This document shows positions 25,752 through 37,564 of a stretch of 64,000 nt of DNA, piece by piece. How positions within the stretch are numbered: position 1 is the first letter of the stretch; every line of letters begins with the position of its first letter. The DNA lies in the NCBI RefSeq assembly GCF_030144855.1, contig NC_082727.1, positions 62,434,001-62,498,000 of the forward strand. The letters run 5' to 3'. Both the position numbers and the translations under genes were made by a program. Below the pieces are notes generated by a model. The model saw only the letters and a program-made list of their open reading frames with translations, had not been told where the DNA came from and did no database searches. Source of the DNA: Hypanus sabinus (taxonomy: Eukaryota).

Positions 25752-26780
25752 AAATAACACACACAAATTGCTGGTGGAACACAGCAGGCTAGGCAGCATC
25801 TATGGGAAGAAGTGCAGTCGACATTTCAGGCCAAGACCCTTCGTCAGGACTAACTGAAAGAAGAGGTAGTAAGAGATTTGAAAGTGGGAGAGGGAGGGGG
25901 AGATCCAAAATGATAGGAGAAGTCCGGAGGGGGTGGGGTGAAGCTGAGAGCCGGAAAGGTGATTGGCGAAAGGGCTGGAGAAGGGAAAGGATCATGGGAC
26001 GGGAGGCCTAGGGAGAAAGAAGGGGGGAGGGGAGCACCAGAGGGAGATGGAGAACAGCAAAGAGTGATGGGCAAAAAGGGAGAAAAAAGGGGGTGAGGGA
26101 ACTAAATATATCAGGGACGGGGTAAGAAGGGGAGGAGGGGCATTAATGGAAGTTAGAGAAGTCAATGTTCATGCCATCAGGTTGGAGGCTACCTAGCCAG
26201 TATATAAGGTGTTGTTCCTCCAACCTGAGTGTGGCTTCATCTTGACAGTAGAGGAGGCCATGGATTGACAGATCAGAATGGGAATGGGACGTGGAATTAA
26301 AATGTGTGGCCACTGGGGGATCCTGCTTTCTCTGGCGGACCGAGCGTAAGTGTTCAGCGAAACGGTTTCCCAGTCTGCATCAGGTCTCACCAATATACAG
26401 AAGGTCGCACCGGGAGCACCAGACACAATATATCACACCAGCCGACTCACAGGTGAAGTGTCGCCTCACCTGGAAGGACAGGCTGGGGCTCTGAATGGTG
26501 GTGAGAGAGGAAGTGTAAGGGCAGGTGTAGCGCTTGTTCCGCTTACAAGGATAAGTGCTGGGAGGAAGATAGGTGGGAAGGGTTGGGGGTGGGCTAGCGA
26601 ATGGACAAGGGAGTTGCGTAGGGAGTGATCCTGTGGAAAGCAGAAAGGGGGGTAGGGAAAGATGTGCTTGGTGGTGGGATCCCATTGGAGGTGGCGGAAG
26701 TTGCGAAGAATTATATGTTGGACCTGGAGGCTAGTGGGGTTGTAGGTGAGGACAACGGGAACCCTATCCCTAGTGGGGTG
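25752..26780 (-). mobile_element. Penelope-like element, 3' 1 kb (Cys-rich linker, GIY-YIG endonuclease, hammerhead, tail)
   Basis: ORF 26380-26685: YPCKRNKRYTCP..HFTCESAGVIYCVWCSRCDLLYIGET; continues VATHFN..EEQHLIYWLGSLQPDGMNIDFSNFH. Confidence 0.92.
25816..25851 (-). ncRNA. Minimal type-I hammerhead ribozyme, catalytic core intact
   Basis: Minus strand: agtc CTGACGA A GGG tcttgg CCT GAAA T GTC gact (stem I agtc/gact, stem II GGG/CCU, GUC cleavage triplet). Confidence 0.75.
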
Positions 26781-28459
26781 ACATCATTTTGTCTTTTATT
26801 TTCATATTTTTATTTTTTTATCTTATTTTAATGTTTGTACTTTTATCCCATTGTAAAGTACTTTGAATTACTTCATCTGTATGAAAAGTGCACTATAATA
26901 ATGTTATTAATTAATATATCAGCCATGATGGGTTGAATGGCCTAATTCTTCTCTTATGTCTTATGATTTTATACTCAGATGCATATTCCTATTAACAGTG
27001 ATGCTAGTCCAATCCCGTCAGTGCTTTATGGTGCAAACTCCTCATTCCTCATATCAATCTAGTGGAAGTTTTATGCCACTGACTGCAAATCTGTGTATCT
27101 TTCCTCAGGTGTGGACAGCAGAACTACAGCTTGTTGACCTTGAGTGTAGTTAACTGAAGTTCTGAAGAATTATAGTAAGACATCCTTAATGTCATACTTA
27201 TATTTTCCTACAAAAAAGGCCAATGTACTCTTTACTTTCCCAATTGTTTGCTATTCCTGTATGTTTTTTACAGTTTATGAATCAGCACCAAATTTTCAGT
27301 TGACGAAGTTCCAAGGAAAGTCAAAGTATTGATGCATAAAACAAGTTTGAAATTTACACAGGTTTTTAGTCAGGTAAGGGACTTCATTCAAATACCACAG
27401 TTTAGAAAAGAGAAGTGTCTATTGAAAATTATAAGTAGAGTTCCACTACAGGATATTACAATATGCAATGTATCTACCAAGCTTTGTATCTCAGCATAAT
27501 TTATTTAATTTTCTTGGAAGAGGCAAATAGAACTGCTATCAGCCTAGAACAGGTGACTGGACCACAATTACAATGAACTAAATCAAATTTATCAAAAACC
27601 TTGTAGTGGTCTTCTATTTCCTTCACTCCTACTGTGTTCTTCATGAAAAATGCCGTAAGTATTGTGGGTGTTTTGGAGCAGCAGTTCTCACTGTAATCCC
27701 TATGTTTTGTAGCATGAATGGAAAGGTACCAGTAAGCCAATATATAATATTACAAGTAACTGGGATGTAGCTCAGAATTCTTTACATTAGCTATATCCCA
27801 TTTTCATAGTATTTGTTGCAATTCTTTACTGAAGAACCTTACAAGTAATCTAGTCTGATGTAAGTGTATTATTGAAACGTGTAAGCTGCTTGGCGCTTGA
27901 ATAGAGAAACCTTGAAGAATCCATCTGTGTGAAAGTATGAGAATGCCCAAAACATTTTCAATTACATTCTATACACTTGTAAATCAGTCAAATGATATTG
28001 AAACTAATTTGTACTTTCCACAGTTGTCATTCTACAATATTACCTCATCTTATTTTCTTTCATTTGTTAGGAACCCCATGCTATCCATGATAATTATTGT
28101 AATGGAAACTTTTACCATATGGGTGTTGCGCAAATTTACACATGCAATTAAGCTTTTGCATTCAACATATTACAGCACACTATAATGAAGCACCTGGTGA
28201 TCACAAAAATATTAAAATGCTTTTTTGATACAAGTAAGACACTGGCTTGAAAGATCACATAAAATCCGCCCATCTGTGCTGTGATTTTCTGTGTTTCTCC
28301 TATATGAACAATACAAGTCTTCTGCTGCTGTTTAATATTAATGGTGAAAATACATGTGAGCAAATGTTTCCCTTTTCTTGTAATGCTGGTAATACAGAAT
28401 CATTAAACTAACACACTTGTGTTTGTAGCAGAGGTCATACCTACTTTCTGTTTATTTAC

Positions 28460-29095
28460 AATTCAAGATTGTTTAATGTCATTTCCTGTATATAAGTGTA
28501 AAGGAGAATGAAATAATTGCAGCACAAAAAACACAATAAGATAAAGAACACAATAATAAGAAGAGAACAACAACTTACTTAAATAGATATCGCCATTCCA
28601 AACACAGATTAACATACAGAAGTTAAAAAGTGAAAGACACCGGAGATGTGTTGAATTAAAAGAGGGAATTGAAAGAATATGGAACATGAACAAGGTATAC
28701 ATTGTCCCAATAGTAATATCTACAATTGTTATCACCTCAAAGTCATTACATAATAGCATTAAGCAAGTAGACCTAAACATAATATTTATGTAAATCTTCA
28801 GAAAGCCAGCATTTCTAAACAACACTAGATATTGTCCAAAAGTTCCTAGCAATTGAGAAATGAGTGTGCCTGGTGATGCCTGTACCTCAGGTTTTACCAT
28901 CTTCAGCTGAGAAAAAAGATAATAATAAACACAATAAATATGTTGTGATAGCTTATATACATCGATTGTATGTTCATAAAGTGACACTAGACACAGGAGT
29001 GTCCGTACATAAGGAAATGATAGGAACTGATAAAGTAGTGGAGGCGTGGGTTAGTGAGTGGAGGTGTTGATCAGCCTTACTGCTTGGGAAAAGTA
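28460..29095 (-). mobile_element. Rex/L2-type LINE 3' tail, split by a Dong-like insertion
   Basis: attcaagattgtttaatgtcatttcc tail on minus; resumes after 28918 up to gatcagccttactgcttgggaaaag. Confidence 0.6.
28562..28918 (+). mobile_element. R4/Dong-clade LINE 3' fragment (restriction-like endonuclease C-terminus)
   Basis: IDIAIPNT (from 28583), ELKEGIERIWNMNKVYIVPIVIST, LQKA, IVQKFLAIEK* (stop 28861-28863); flanked by aataataa-type sequence on both sides. Confidence 0.75.
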
Positions 29096-29589
29096 CAGCT
29101 TATCTGATGCCAATACAAATCTGTAAATTAGACATCAGAACTGAATTGTTAGGTGGAGTAGTTAGAAACACTGCAGGTTCCACGTGAAAGTTCCTGTGAT
29201 TTACTTTGAAGTAAGGCAGGTTTCCAACTCCTGTGAAGTCGTTCACAGCTAAAAGGCAAAGTGCTGCAAATGCTCAGTGTCAGTGGAGAGAGAAGCTGAG
29301 TTATAGCCCACAAGTTGTTACAAACATAGAGCTATCTTCTGAAAAAGAATTTGAGCTTGCCTTAAGCAATTTTCCAAGTAGAAAATTGGTGTTCAGTACT
29401 GTCTGCATCCTTGCCAATAGGTGTTTTGGCAGTTTAGTAGGATCTCAGTGATGGAATGGGGATAGATTGGGAGTGTGGTGTTGCGAGAAGCCGTATGCTA
29501 TAAATAAAACTAGCTTTGAATTACTATCCCTTTCGCTGGCCAAGGTGTAAAAATAGTGAATATTTTTAATATTTGAAATATATCCAACT

Positions 29590-30210
29590 CCCTGTATACT
29601 GGGATTTGTCAGTTGTCCCTGTCCCACCTGCAACTGGTCCAGAATGCCGCAGCCAGGTGCCCGGAAGAGGGACCACATTACTTCTATCCTGGCCTCTCTC
29701 CACTGCCTAACAGTACAGCTTAGAATTGATTTTAAGGTTCTCCTATTTGTTTATAAAGCCCTAAATTGGCTGGCCCCCTCCTATATCACAGACCTTCTTG
29801 CCCCTTATTCTACTTCCAGGTCCCTCAGGTTGGTTAACTTGGGGCTCCTGGCTGTCCCGCGATCTAAACTTAAGCTCAGGGCTGACCGCACCTTTGCTGT
29901 TGCAGACCCTAGACTGTGGAACAGCATTCCCCTCCCTATCAGATCTACCCCCTCCATTGACTCTTTTAAGTCCAGGCTCAAAACTTACCTTTATTCACTG
30001 GCATTTGAATCTTCCTGATGTGGCGTGGCTTGTGCCTAGGCTCATGTGTTGTTTATTTTGTGCCTATAAGCTGAGTGCCTTGTTGTCTCTTTCTGTATTT
30101 CTTGTATTTGTGATTTTAGCTATTTGTTATGGTTTGCACAGCACTTTGGTCAACATGGGTTGTTTTTTAAATGTGCTTTATTAATAAATTTGACTTGACT
30201 TGACTTGAAT
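29590..30210 (+). mobile_element. L2 LINE 3' fragment
   Basis: ORF 29644-30018: RDHITSILASLHCL..RIDFKVLLFVYKALN..RLWNSIP..FKSRLKTYLYSLAF; tail aataaatttgacttgacttgacttga. Confidence 0.9.
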
Positions 30211-30509
30211 CTTTTATTCTTAATATCTGTTTATTTTAAAATAGAATTGCTTTCAGTCCCTAAGTGTGTTGCTCCTGATTTCTGAATCACAGCAACTTGG
30301 TCAAAAGATGGAATAGTTGGTCCCTCAGTAAAAAAAAAAGTGGAAATCTGTCCAACAAACTGGGAACTGAGATTGTTATGTGTGGATTTTTGCTTGAATT
30401 TTAGGAAACCTTTCTCTAATGTAGAAGTGTAATGTTTGTAACTTATTACAGTAAGTCAAATAATTTAATATTGTAATTATAACAACAAAATTCAATTCTG
30501 CTCCTCGAT

Positions 30510-30793
30510 ATTTATTTAATTATTGAGAAACGGTGCAGAATAAGCCTTTCAGCCCTTTGAGCTGCACTGCCTAGCAACCCCTGATTCAACACCAGCCTAA
30601 TCACAGGACAAATTACAATGACCAATTAACCTACTAGTTGGTACGTCTTTGGACTGTGAGAGGAAACTGGAGCACCCAGAGGAAACCCACGTGGTCATGG
30701 GGAGAACGAACAAACGTCTTACAGGCAGAGATGGGAATTAAACCGGGTCACTGGTAGTGTGAAGCGTTGTGCTAACCACTACAGTACTGTGCT
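30510..30793 (-). mobile_element. V-SINE (HE1-like)
   Basis: tttggactgtgagaggaaactggagcacccagaggaaacccac is the reverse complement of the V-domain. Confidence 0.8.
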
Positions 30794-30894
30794 CTGATGG
30801 GTGTAATAACAGCTAATATTATTTCTGTTCTTAAAGCTTTCTATTTCTGATCTGCTTGAACCTGATTTGTTTTTACAACACATCTGTGACAAAC

Positions 30895-31088
30895 ATCAGA
30901 AAAATCTGCAGATGCTGGAAATCCAAGGCAACTTTCACAAAATACTGGAGGAACTCAGCAGGCTAGGCAGCATTTGTGAACATAAATAAACATTGATGTT
31001 TCTGTCCTGATGAAGGGTCTCACCCCGAAACATCGACTGCTTATTCCTATCCTTCGATGTTACCTGGTCCCTATTCATGTGTGTGTGT
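30895..31088. mobile_element. Head-to-head inverted pair of Penelope terminal repeats
   Basis: Minus-strand tail 30895-31002 joined directly to a forward hammerhead and tail from 31003. Confidence 0.8.
31004..31037 (+). ncRNA. Minimal type-I hammerhead ribozyme, core intact (AUC triplet), sense to ATRNL1
   Basis: gtc CTGATGA A GGG tctcac CCC GAAA C ATC gac. Confidence 0.72.
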
Positions 31089-31116
31089 AAAACCACACAT
31101 CAATACATTATCTATA

Positions 31117-32564
31117 TGGTACTATTCAAAGGTCTTAGACACCTTAGATTTTCTCTCTAAATTTTGATTTAGATGTTTATGATTTATCTTCTGCATTAGT
31201 CTGTCAGTAGAAAAGAGGAATTTTTAGATTTCCAAGCATTAATTTTCCAAAACATCAAATGTTACAGAGAATGTTTTGTATTTCATTAAAGAAATAATGT
31301 TTACTTTGTAGGTATACAGTTCAGTGCATGACAAGATGCTAATGGTCAATGATATAATGAGTTGAATGAACTAAACTGAAACACAAGCAGAGATAGAAGG
31401 AATCAAACTGGGCAAAGGACAACCAGTCCTTTGAAGTGTGGCAGATGTGACAGTTTAACCAAATTATCTTGCTCTTTCACTATGGCAAATGTGAGCAGAG
31501 CAACGAGACACAAGGTGGTCATCCTGCATCATCAAGGTCTTTCCCAAGCAGAAATTTTGCAGCACACATGAGTTTCAAGATGTGCTGTCCAAGCTCTTCT
31601 GAAGAATCACAAATAAACAAGCAAGGTTAAAGACCGGAAACACAGCAGTCAGCCACGGAAATTAAGTGGAGCAGATGAGAGATACATCAAACTGATATCT
31701 CTTCTAAGTCGGAAGAAGTCCGGAACTGCTATCAGCTCTGAACTCACAGAAATCACTGGAACCCAATAACACCCTCTACAGTCCTGAGAAGTTTTGACAG
31801 AAGTAATTTCATGGAAGTGATGCTGTCAAAAAGCCATTCCTCTGAAGTGGAAACAAAGCCAAGACACTCACCTACGCACAAATATGTAAGGACTGAGGTC
31901 CTGAACAAGGGCAGCAAGTGCTCTGGACTGACGAATGAAATTTTGGCTCAAACAAGAAGCAATTTGTCCTTAGAAGAGCTGGAGTGCACTGCACGGATGA
32001 GTGTCTGCAGCCAACAGTGATACATGCTGGAGGTTTGGGGCTGTATTTCTGCAAATGGAGCTGGTGATCTGGTCAGAGTTAATGGAATCCTCAATGCTGA
32101 GAAGTAGAAGCAGATTCTCATCCATCATGCAAAACCGTCAGTGAGGCAGCTGATCAATCCCAACATCATGCTGCAGCAGGACAATAACCCCAAACCTGTA
32201 ACAGATGGCATGGCCTCCACAGAGCTTTGATCTCAACGTCATCAAGGCTGTCTGGGATTACCCAGAGAGACAGAAACAAGCGAGACCCCTGAGGTCTGCA
32301 GAACTGTGGTAAGTTCTCCAAGATGCTTGGAACAACCTACCAGCCAATTTTCTTATAAAATAGTGTACCTTAGATAATTGAGGCAATTTTAAAGGCAAAG
32401 GGTGGTCACAGCAAATATTGATTTGATTTTTAATTGCTTTTTTTACTATTTACTGCTTTTTATAATAATTCTTTAGATATTTAGAAACTTCACTTCATTG
32501 TTTTTGAAAACATCTTCATTTCACAGAGTTTTATTCATGTGCCTAAGATTTTTGTACAGTATTG
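31117..32564 (+). mobile_element. Tc1 DNA transposon with pseudogenised transposase
   Basis: TA-flanked TIRs (tggtactattcaaaggtcttagacac / gtgcctaagatttttgtacagtattg); ATG at 31482 MANVSRATRHKVVILHHQGLSQAEI, later LWTDE, LQQDNNPK, WPPQSFDLNVI, KAKGGHSKY*. Confidence 0.9.
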
Positions 32565-33419
32565 TATATAAGCCATTGAGATCAAATATTAAGGCAATGG
32601 AGTCTATTTGGCTTCATAAAAGTGAAATAGATGATCCTTGTGCATTTGCAACTTCCATGGCTTAAGGATGACCTATATTCGTGTTATAGAAATTTAATTT
32701 GAAAACCTAAGAATTTGGAACCAATTTCTTAGTTTCAGCAATGCAACAACTAGAATTCTTACGCAAATTTTCGGGTACATATTCTTGGCCAAAATTTTTA
32801 TGAGCTTTCTACTAAGAACATATTTCACAATTCTGAATCTTTCTTGACAACTATCAATTTTCTTCTATTTTCCCAAAACACTAGTTACTGACTTTGTTCA
32901 CACTGTGTGTGTTGTGTAGGTACTGTTGCAATGAAATTATGTTTTTGATGTTTCTTCTCTGCAGTGTTCAAGGCAACCCGAGCTAGAAGTTTGTTCAAAC
33001 ATCTCTGGTGAAGGGTGAGGATTGAAAAGTATCACAAAAACAAGTTAGCCAGCAGTCAATTGTGCTAAATGACTTGATCTTCCAAAAATTTAACTCTCTC
33101 AGCAGGATTTTAATGCTTTCATCAGCTTTTCTTCAAGCAAAACCCCCCAAAACAGCAGCATGACCAGCAAAAATTACCTCTATTATGATTTTTTTCTAAA
33201 CTTACTAATATTAAAAAAGTCACTTACTCACAGACCATTGAATTTTCACAAACCCTATTGCCCCTTAAACTGTGCTGTTTAAAGAACCATGCATGTTGCA
33301 TGATTTAGCTTTATTTATTAGCTTTTGCTTTATATGTCTTGCGTACATCAAAAATCTCAGGGATGTTTACTGCATGCATACTTTGACAATTAGTGTACTT
33401 TGAATTTGATTCTTTAAAA

Positions 33420-33700
33420 TACAGTGAAATGTGTCAATGATCAACACAGTCTGAGGATTGTTCTGGGGGCCACCCAGAAGTGTTGCCAAGCTTCTGGTGC
33501 CAACAGAGCATGCCCACAACTCATTAACTCTAACCCTAACCATATGCCTTTGGAATGTGGAACTGAAACCAGAGGATCTGCAGTAAGCCCATGCAGTCTT
33601 GGGACAACGTACAAACTCCTTCCAGACAATGGCAGGAATTGAACTGTGATTGGTGATTGCTGATGTTGTAAAGCCTTGTGCTAACCACTACATTACCTTA
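33420..33700 (-). mobile_element. V-SINE-related element
   Basis: tttggaatgtggaactgaaaccagagg...acgtacaaactcctt...gtgctaaccactac. Confidence 0.6.
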
Positions 33701-33884
33701 CCAGTCACTTACCTTGTTGTCACAAGATCTCAGACTTCTAACAACTTCAAATACAACCTTGAATGACCCTTCCTGGTTGTGGGCTGATTCCTGCTACTCT
33801 AAGTAATCTATGCCAGATCTCTGCTTACTACTCCCTACTCCATTGGGGAGTGACCCAAATTCTGTATTCAAGGAGAAGAGACAT

Positions 33885-34005
33885 CAGTCCTGTCGAAGGG
33901 TTTCAGTCCAAAACGTCGACTGGACTTTTCTCCATAGATGCTGCCTGGCCTGCTGAGTTCCTCCAGCATTTTGTGTGTGTTGCTCGGATTTCCAGCATCT
34001 TGTTT
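33885..34005 (+). mobile_element. Solo Penelope terminal repeat starting exactly at hammerhead stem I (core mutated)
   Basis: cagtc CTGTCGA A GGG tttcag TCC AAAA C GTC gactg (33885-33922), then the structured tail. Confidence 0.8.
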
Positions 34006-34189
34006 GAGACATTGTCTTATTTCTTTCCGCCACAAATACAAAGAGATGGGGCAAAGTTATTTAACTATCTTAAAGTTTTCCCCAAAAATCTAAGCATTTA
34101 GAGATTGCACTTCTGTCCTTTCAGGGACCATTCTGCTTATATCCCTAGCTGCTCAAAGAACTTGCTGTCTGTGATATTGTTTATATGAC

Positions 34190-34920
34190 AAAGTACACAG
34201 CAGTGAGATAGATCAGCTGGTTGAGTGGTGTTGCAATAATCTCGTTCTCAGTGTCAGCTTCAGTAAGGGGAAGTCATAGGAACACACAACAGTTCCCATT
34301 GAAGGGTCAGCAGTGGAGAGGGTAAGCAGTTTCAAGTTGTGGGTGTCAACATCTCTGAGGTTCTATTCTGAGTCCAACACATGAATGCAATCATGATGTG
34401 TTGGACTCAAAATAGATCCTCAAAGATGTTGAAGAAGGCATGCCAGTGGCTCAAGTTCATTAGGAATTTGATGAGATTTGGTATGTCACCAAAGACTTGT
34501 AAATTTCAATACGTGTATGGTGGAGAATATTCTGATTAGTTGCCACACAGCCTGGTATGGAGGCTTCAGTGCATAAGTTCACAAGAAACTGCAGAGGGTT
34601 GCTGACAGCCAGTTATATTGCCGACACAACTCTCCTTATCTTCGAGGGGATCTTCAGAGCTGGTGCCTCAAGAATGGGGCATCCATTATTACAGACCCTC
34701 ACTGTCAGGGACATGCTCTCTTTCTGTTACTACCATTGAGGACAGGATACAGGAGCTTGAAGACCCACCCTCAACTGTACCATTAGGTTTCTGAATGGAC
34801 AATGCATCTCATCATATATATTTTGTACTATATAGTCTTGTAAGTTTTTTTTGTACCGTGCTGCTGCCACAAAACAACAAATTTCATGGCAAATATTAGT
34901 GATAATTAAAAACCTGATTC
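34190..34920 (+). mobile_element. Rex1/Babar LINE 3' fragment containing a fold-back duplication
   Basis: EIDQLVEWCCNN, VERVSSFK remnants; tail aacaaatttcatggcaaatattagtgata..aacctgattc. Confidence 0.75.
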
Positions 34921-36544
34921 GTCACATGGGTTATTTTTGTAATTTTTTCCGGTAAAAATGTCATCAAATTTGTCTTGGATTGTTATCTGATCATTTCTAT
35001 TCCTGGCTTTGGCATTCTTCTAAGCTGACTTAAAGGGCTAGTTTTATCCAGCTATCATATGTAGGTATGGCCAAAAATCATTTCTCTAGCTCTTGGGGCT
35101 GGCTACTGTGTACAAAAACAGAATATCATCCACTTCACAGTTTATGAGGTAGACTATGTATGGTAGTTACTAATCCAAACTTAAAGGCATTAAAGCCAAA
35201 GCAACCTGATTTATCATTTTCATCATAGTTTTCTGAATGGGATTTGCTACAAATTTTTCACTTATCCAGCTATGAGGAAGGGAGCCAATTGTACCTTCTT
35301 CAGTGCCATCACAACGATCTGGTAATTCAGCAGAGGTCAGTACTCTACACGGAAATCTCTCTGATGTGTATGTTTTAATATCATATCACACAATTCATTC
35401 ATACTATTAATGTAATGTTCTACCCATGTTATGTCAGTGATGGTAAACCTGATTCTGACCCTGACCACAAGGAAGTCCCAAAGAATGAGTGGATTCTGGT
35501 GTTTATAATCCAAGGTTCTTTTAGAAGTCAGGAATAAGGCACAAAACCGGCTGCTTCGTGACCATTTATTAAGAGTTGATACAACAACAAGAAATTGAAA
35601 CAAACAGTGATCAGGGGTCTACTAGTAGAAGAAGAGAGAAAGTAAAGATGGCACCTTGCATGAAACAGCTATTTTTATACTACTGAGATAAGGAAAATTC
35701 CATTCAAGCTTGTAGATTAGGGGCAACCAATTAGTACTTATTTGAATACAGCAGTACCATTTTAACCAATGAGAAAATACTTATTAATTTAATGCTGAAC
35801 AAGCAAGCTTCCAAAGCTTTCTGGAATTATAATTGTACAGCCTCAAGAGGCCTATTAAACTTGCATAAACTGGAAAGAAAATAGCAATTAAACAGTCTAC
35901 TCTAAGAATTAAATAATTGGGTCCAACAGAATCTGCTGCCTGATGGAGTTGTTCAAATCCTCTGACCGCATAGTCTCTCCCTCTATCTTTGTAGTCTCCA
36001 TTTATTCATTAATGACACTTTGCCACAGTTGGAAGAATGTTGCTTGTATTGTAGTACATCACTTTTCGACTGTCTTCAGGGATCACCAGGCTACAACCTA
36101 CAACACTTCAGTAGGGAGCACTATACTGAAACTGACAATGTCAATTTCAGTGCAATGTTATACAAGGAACAACAACAATACCTTTCCACCAACCTTGCAA
36201 TTGACCTTCTTGTCCTTTATGTAACTAACAGCATTAGGGTGAACGATTCCTGTTATAGCACCTGCAGAATATTGTGGAACTATTTCTTTTTGTTGTTGAT
36301 CTTTAAACCTTCTTTACACACATAAGCTATAGGACATGGAGCTTTATGTTTAATCAGTTGAATTCCTTTCCGTAAAAGGGAAATAATTTTGTCAGAATAA
36401 TTCTAAGTGTAGCCATTACCTACACCCATCTTTCTCTTTTCCCGTTATCTAAACACTCTGCTTTCAGAAGCCATGTGTAATCCCAAAATCACCAGCTGAG
36501 TAACAAGAACATGAGCAGTGATTGGAGATCCAACTGATTAATGA

Positions 36545-37188
36545 CAAGATGTTGTAGGGCCAGAACAAGCATCTCAAAGGCCAGAGATGCAGACGTAGTC
36601 AAATGTGCGCTGATGCCCGCCCTCCTCAGATCAGTGAGTTGTCAGCAATTTCCAGAGTCAGAGTTCCATGTGAATAAGAGGAATGAGGTGCAATGAACTC
36701 CTTGGGTACACTAAGGTGAGATCAGAGTTCAAGGCCTAGTGTGTGTGGCCACATTATCATTGAATCCAGAGTCCAAGACCTAGTGTTCAGTGAATGGCAG
36801 ATTCTGGAATTGATGGCAAGCATCGATAGGAATTCAAGGCTTCTTGGCTGAACCCTCAGGTCTGTGAGTTTCTGTGACTCAAAGGCCCATTCTATTCAAA
36901 TCTGAGTCCACTGGAAATGAAAGGCGGAAGACGGCCTCTCCTGGGGTTGCAGGACTGTGTATGTGCAGGGGGTAAGGAAGATGGAAGAGGGCTTGTTTTG
37001 CTGTTATTGTTTTGTTGCTTGTTGTGTAATGTATTGTTCTGCTAAGCACTGTGGGCATGATATGTGCCGGAATGTGTGGCAACCCTTGTGCCCTGTCCCC
37101 AGCACACCTTTGGGTCTGTCGGTTGTTAATCCAAAGAAGATATTTCTGTAAATATTTGGACCCTTAATTAAATAAATCTGAATCTTGA
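36545..37188 (+). mobile_element. Non-autonomous LINE-tailed retroposon, old
   Basis: Starts caagatg; ends aataaatctgaatcttga; typical gttgcttgttgtg..gggcatgatatgt 3' region. Confidence 0.5.
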
Positions 37189-37564
37189 GGTTCTCTGTAT
37201 TTATGTGCTGTAGTGTAGGTGTAGTTGTAGTGATTTATAAACAATGTATTAGAACATGCTGAAGGTCACTTGGAAGAAATGTTACATTGGTTTCTTCAAG
37301 AGCATGAATAGAGGAAGGTTAACTGTCAACCCTGTTCTGTTCTTGCACACTGTATAATCTGTATTCTGAAGTAACTTGTATTCCAGCTTTCTGTTGCTGC
37401 AGACTGCAGCATCTGCAATCCCTTGTGTCTTAATTCCTACACACTGTGTCTGCATTGTCTTCTTCAGAATTGGAATGCTTATTGTGGACATGTTGATAGA
37501 GTACTTATATTTTTTCAGCACAAATGCAGGGCTGCATATCTAAGCTTTGGCTAAGGAATAATAA

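Larger units (their letters stand above)
25298..26910 (+). mobile_element. L2 LINE 3' fragment, split by a Penelope insertion
   Basis: LIHTFTLNRLNYCNAL / LQLIQNATTRLL..HITPMLVIQHWLPICFIIDFDVLLLVFKALNGL; tail tgtaaagtactttg...tgaaaagtgcactata. Confidence 0.8.

Noticed and set aside
28463-28987. 174-aa hydrophobic minus-strand ORF
   Set aside because: Antisense reading of an A-rich Dong fragment and a LINE tail; the coding signal is on the + strand.
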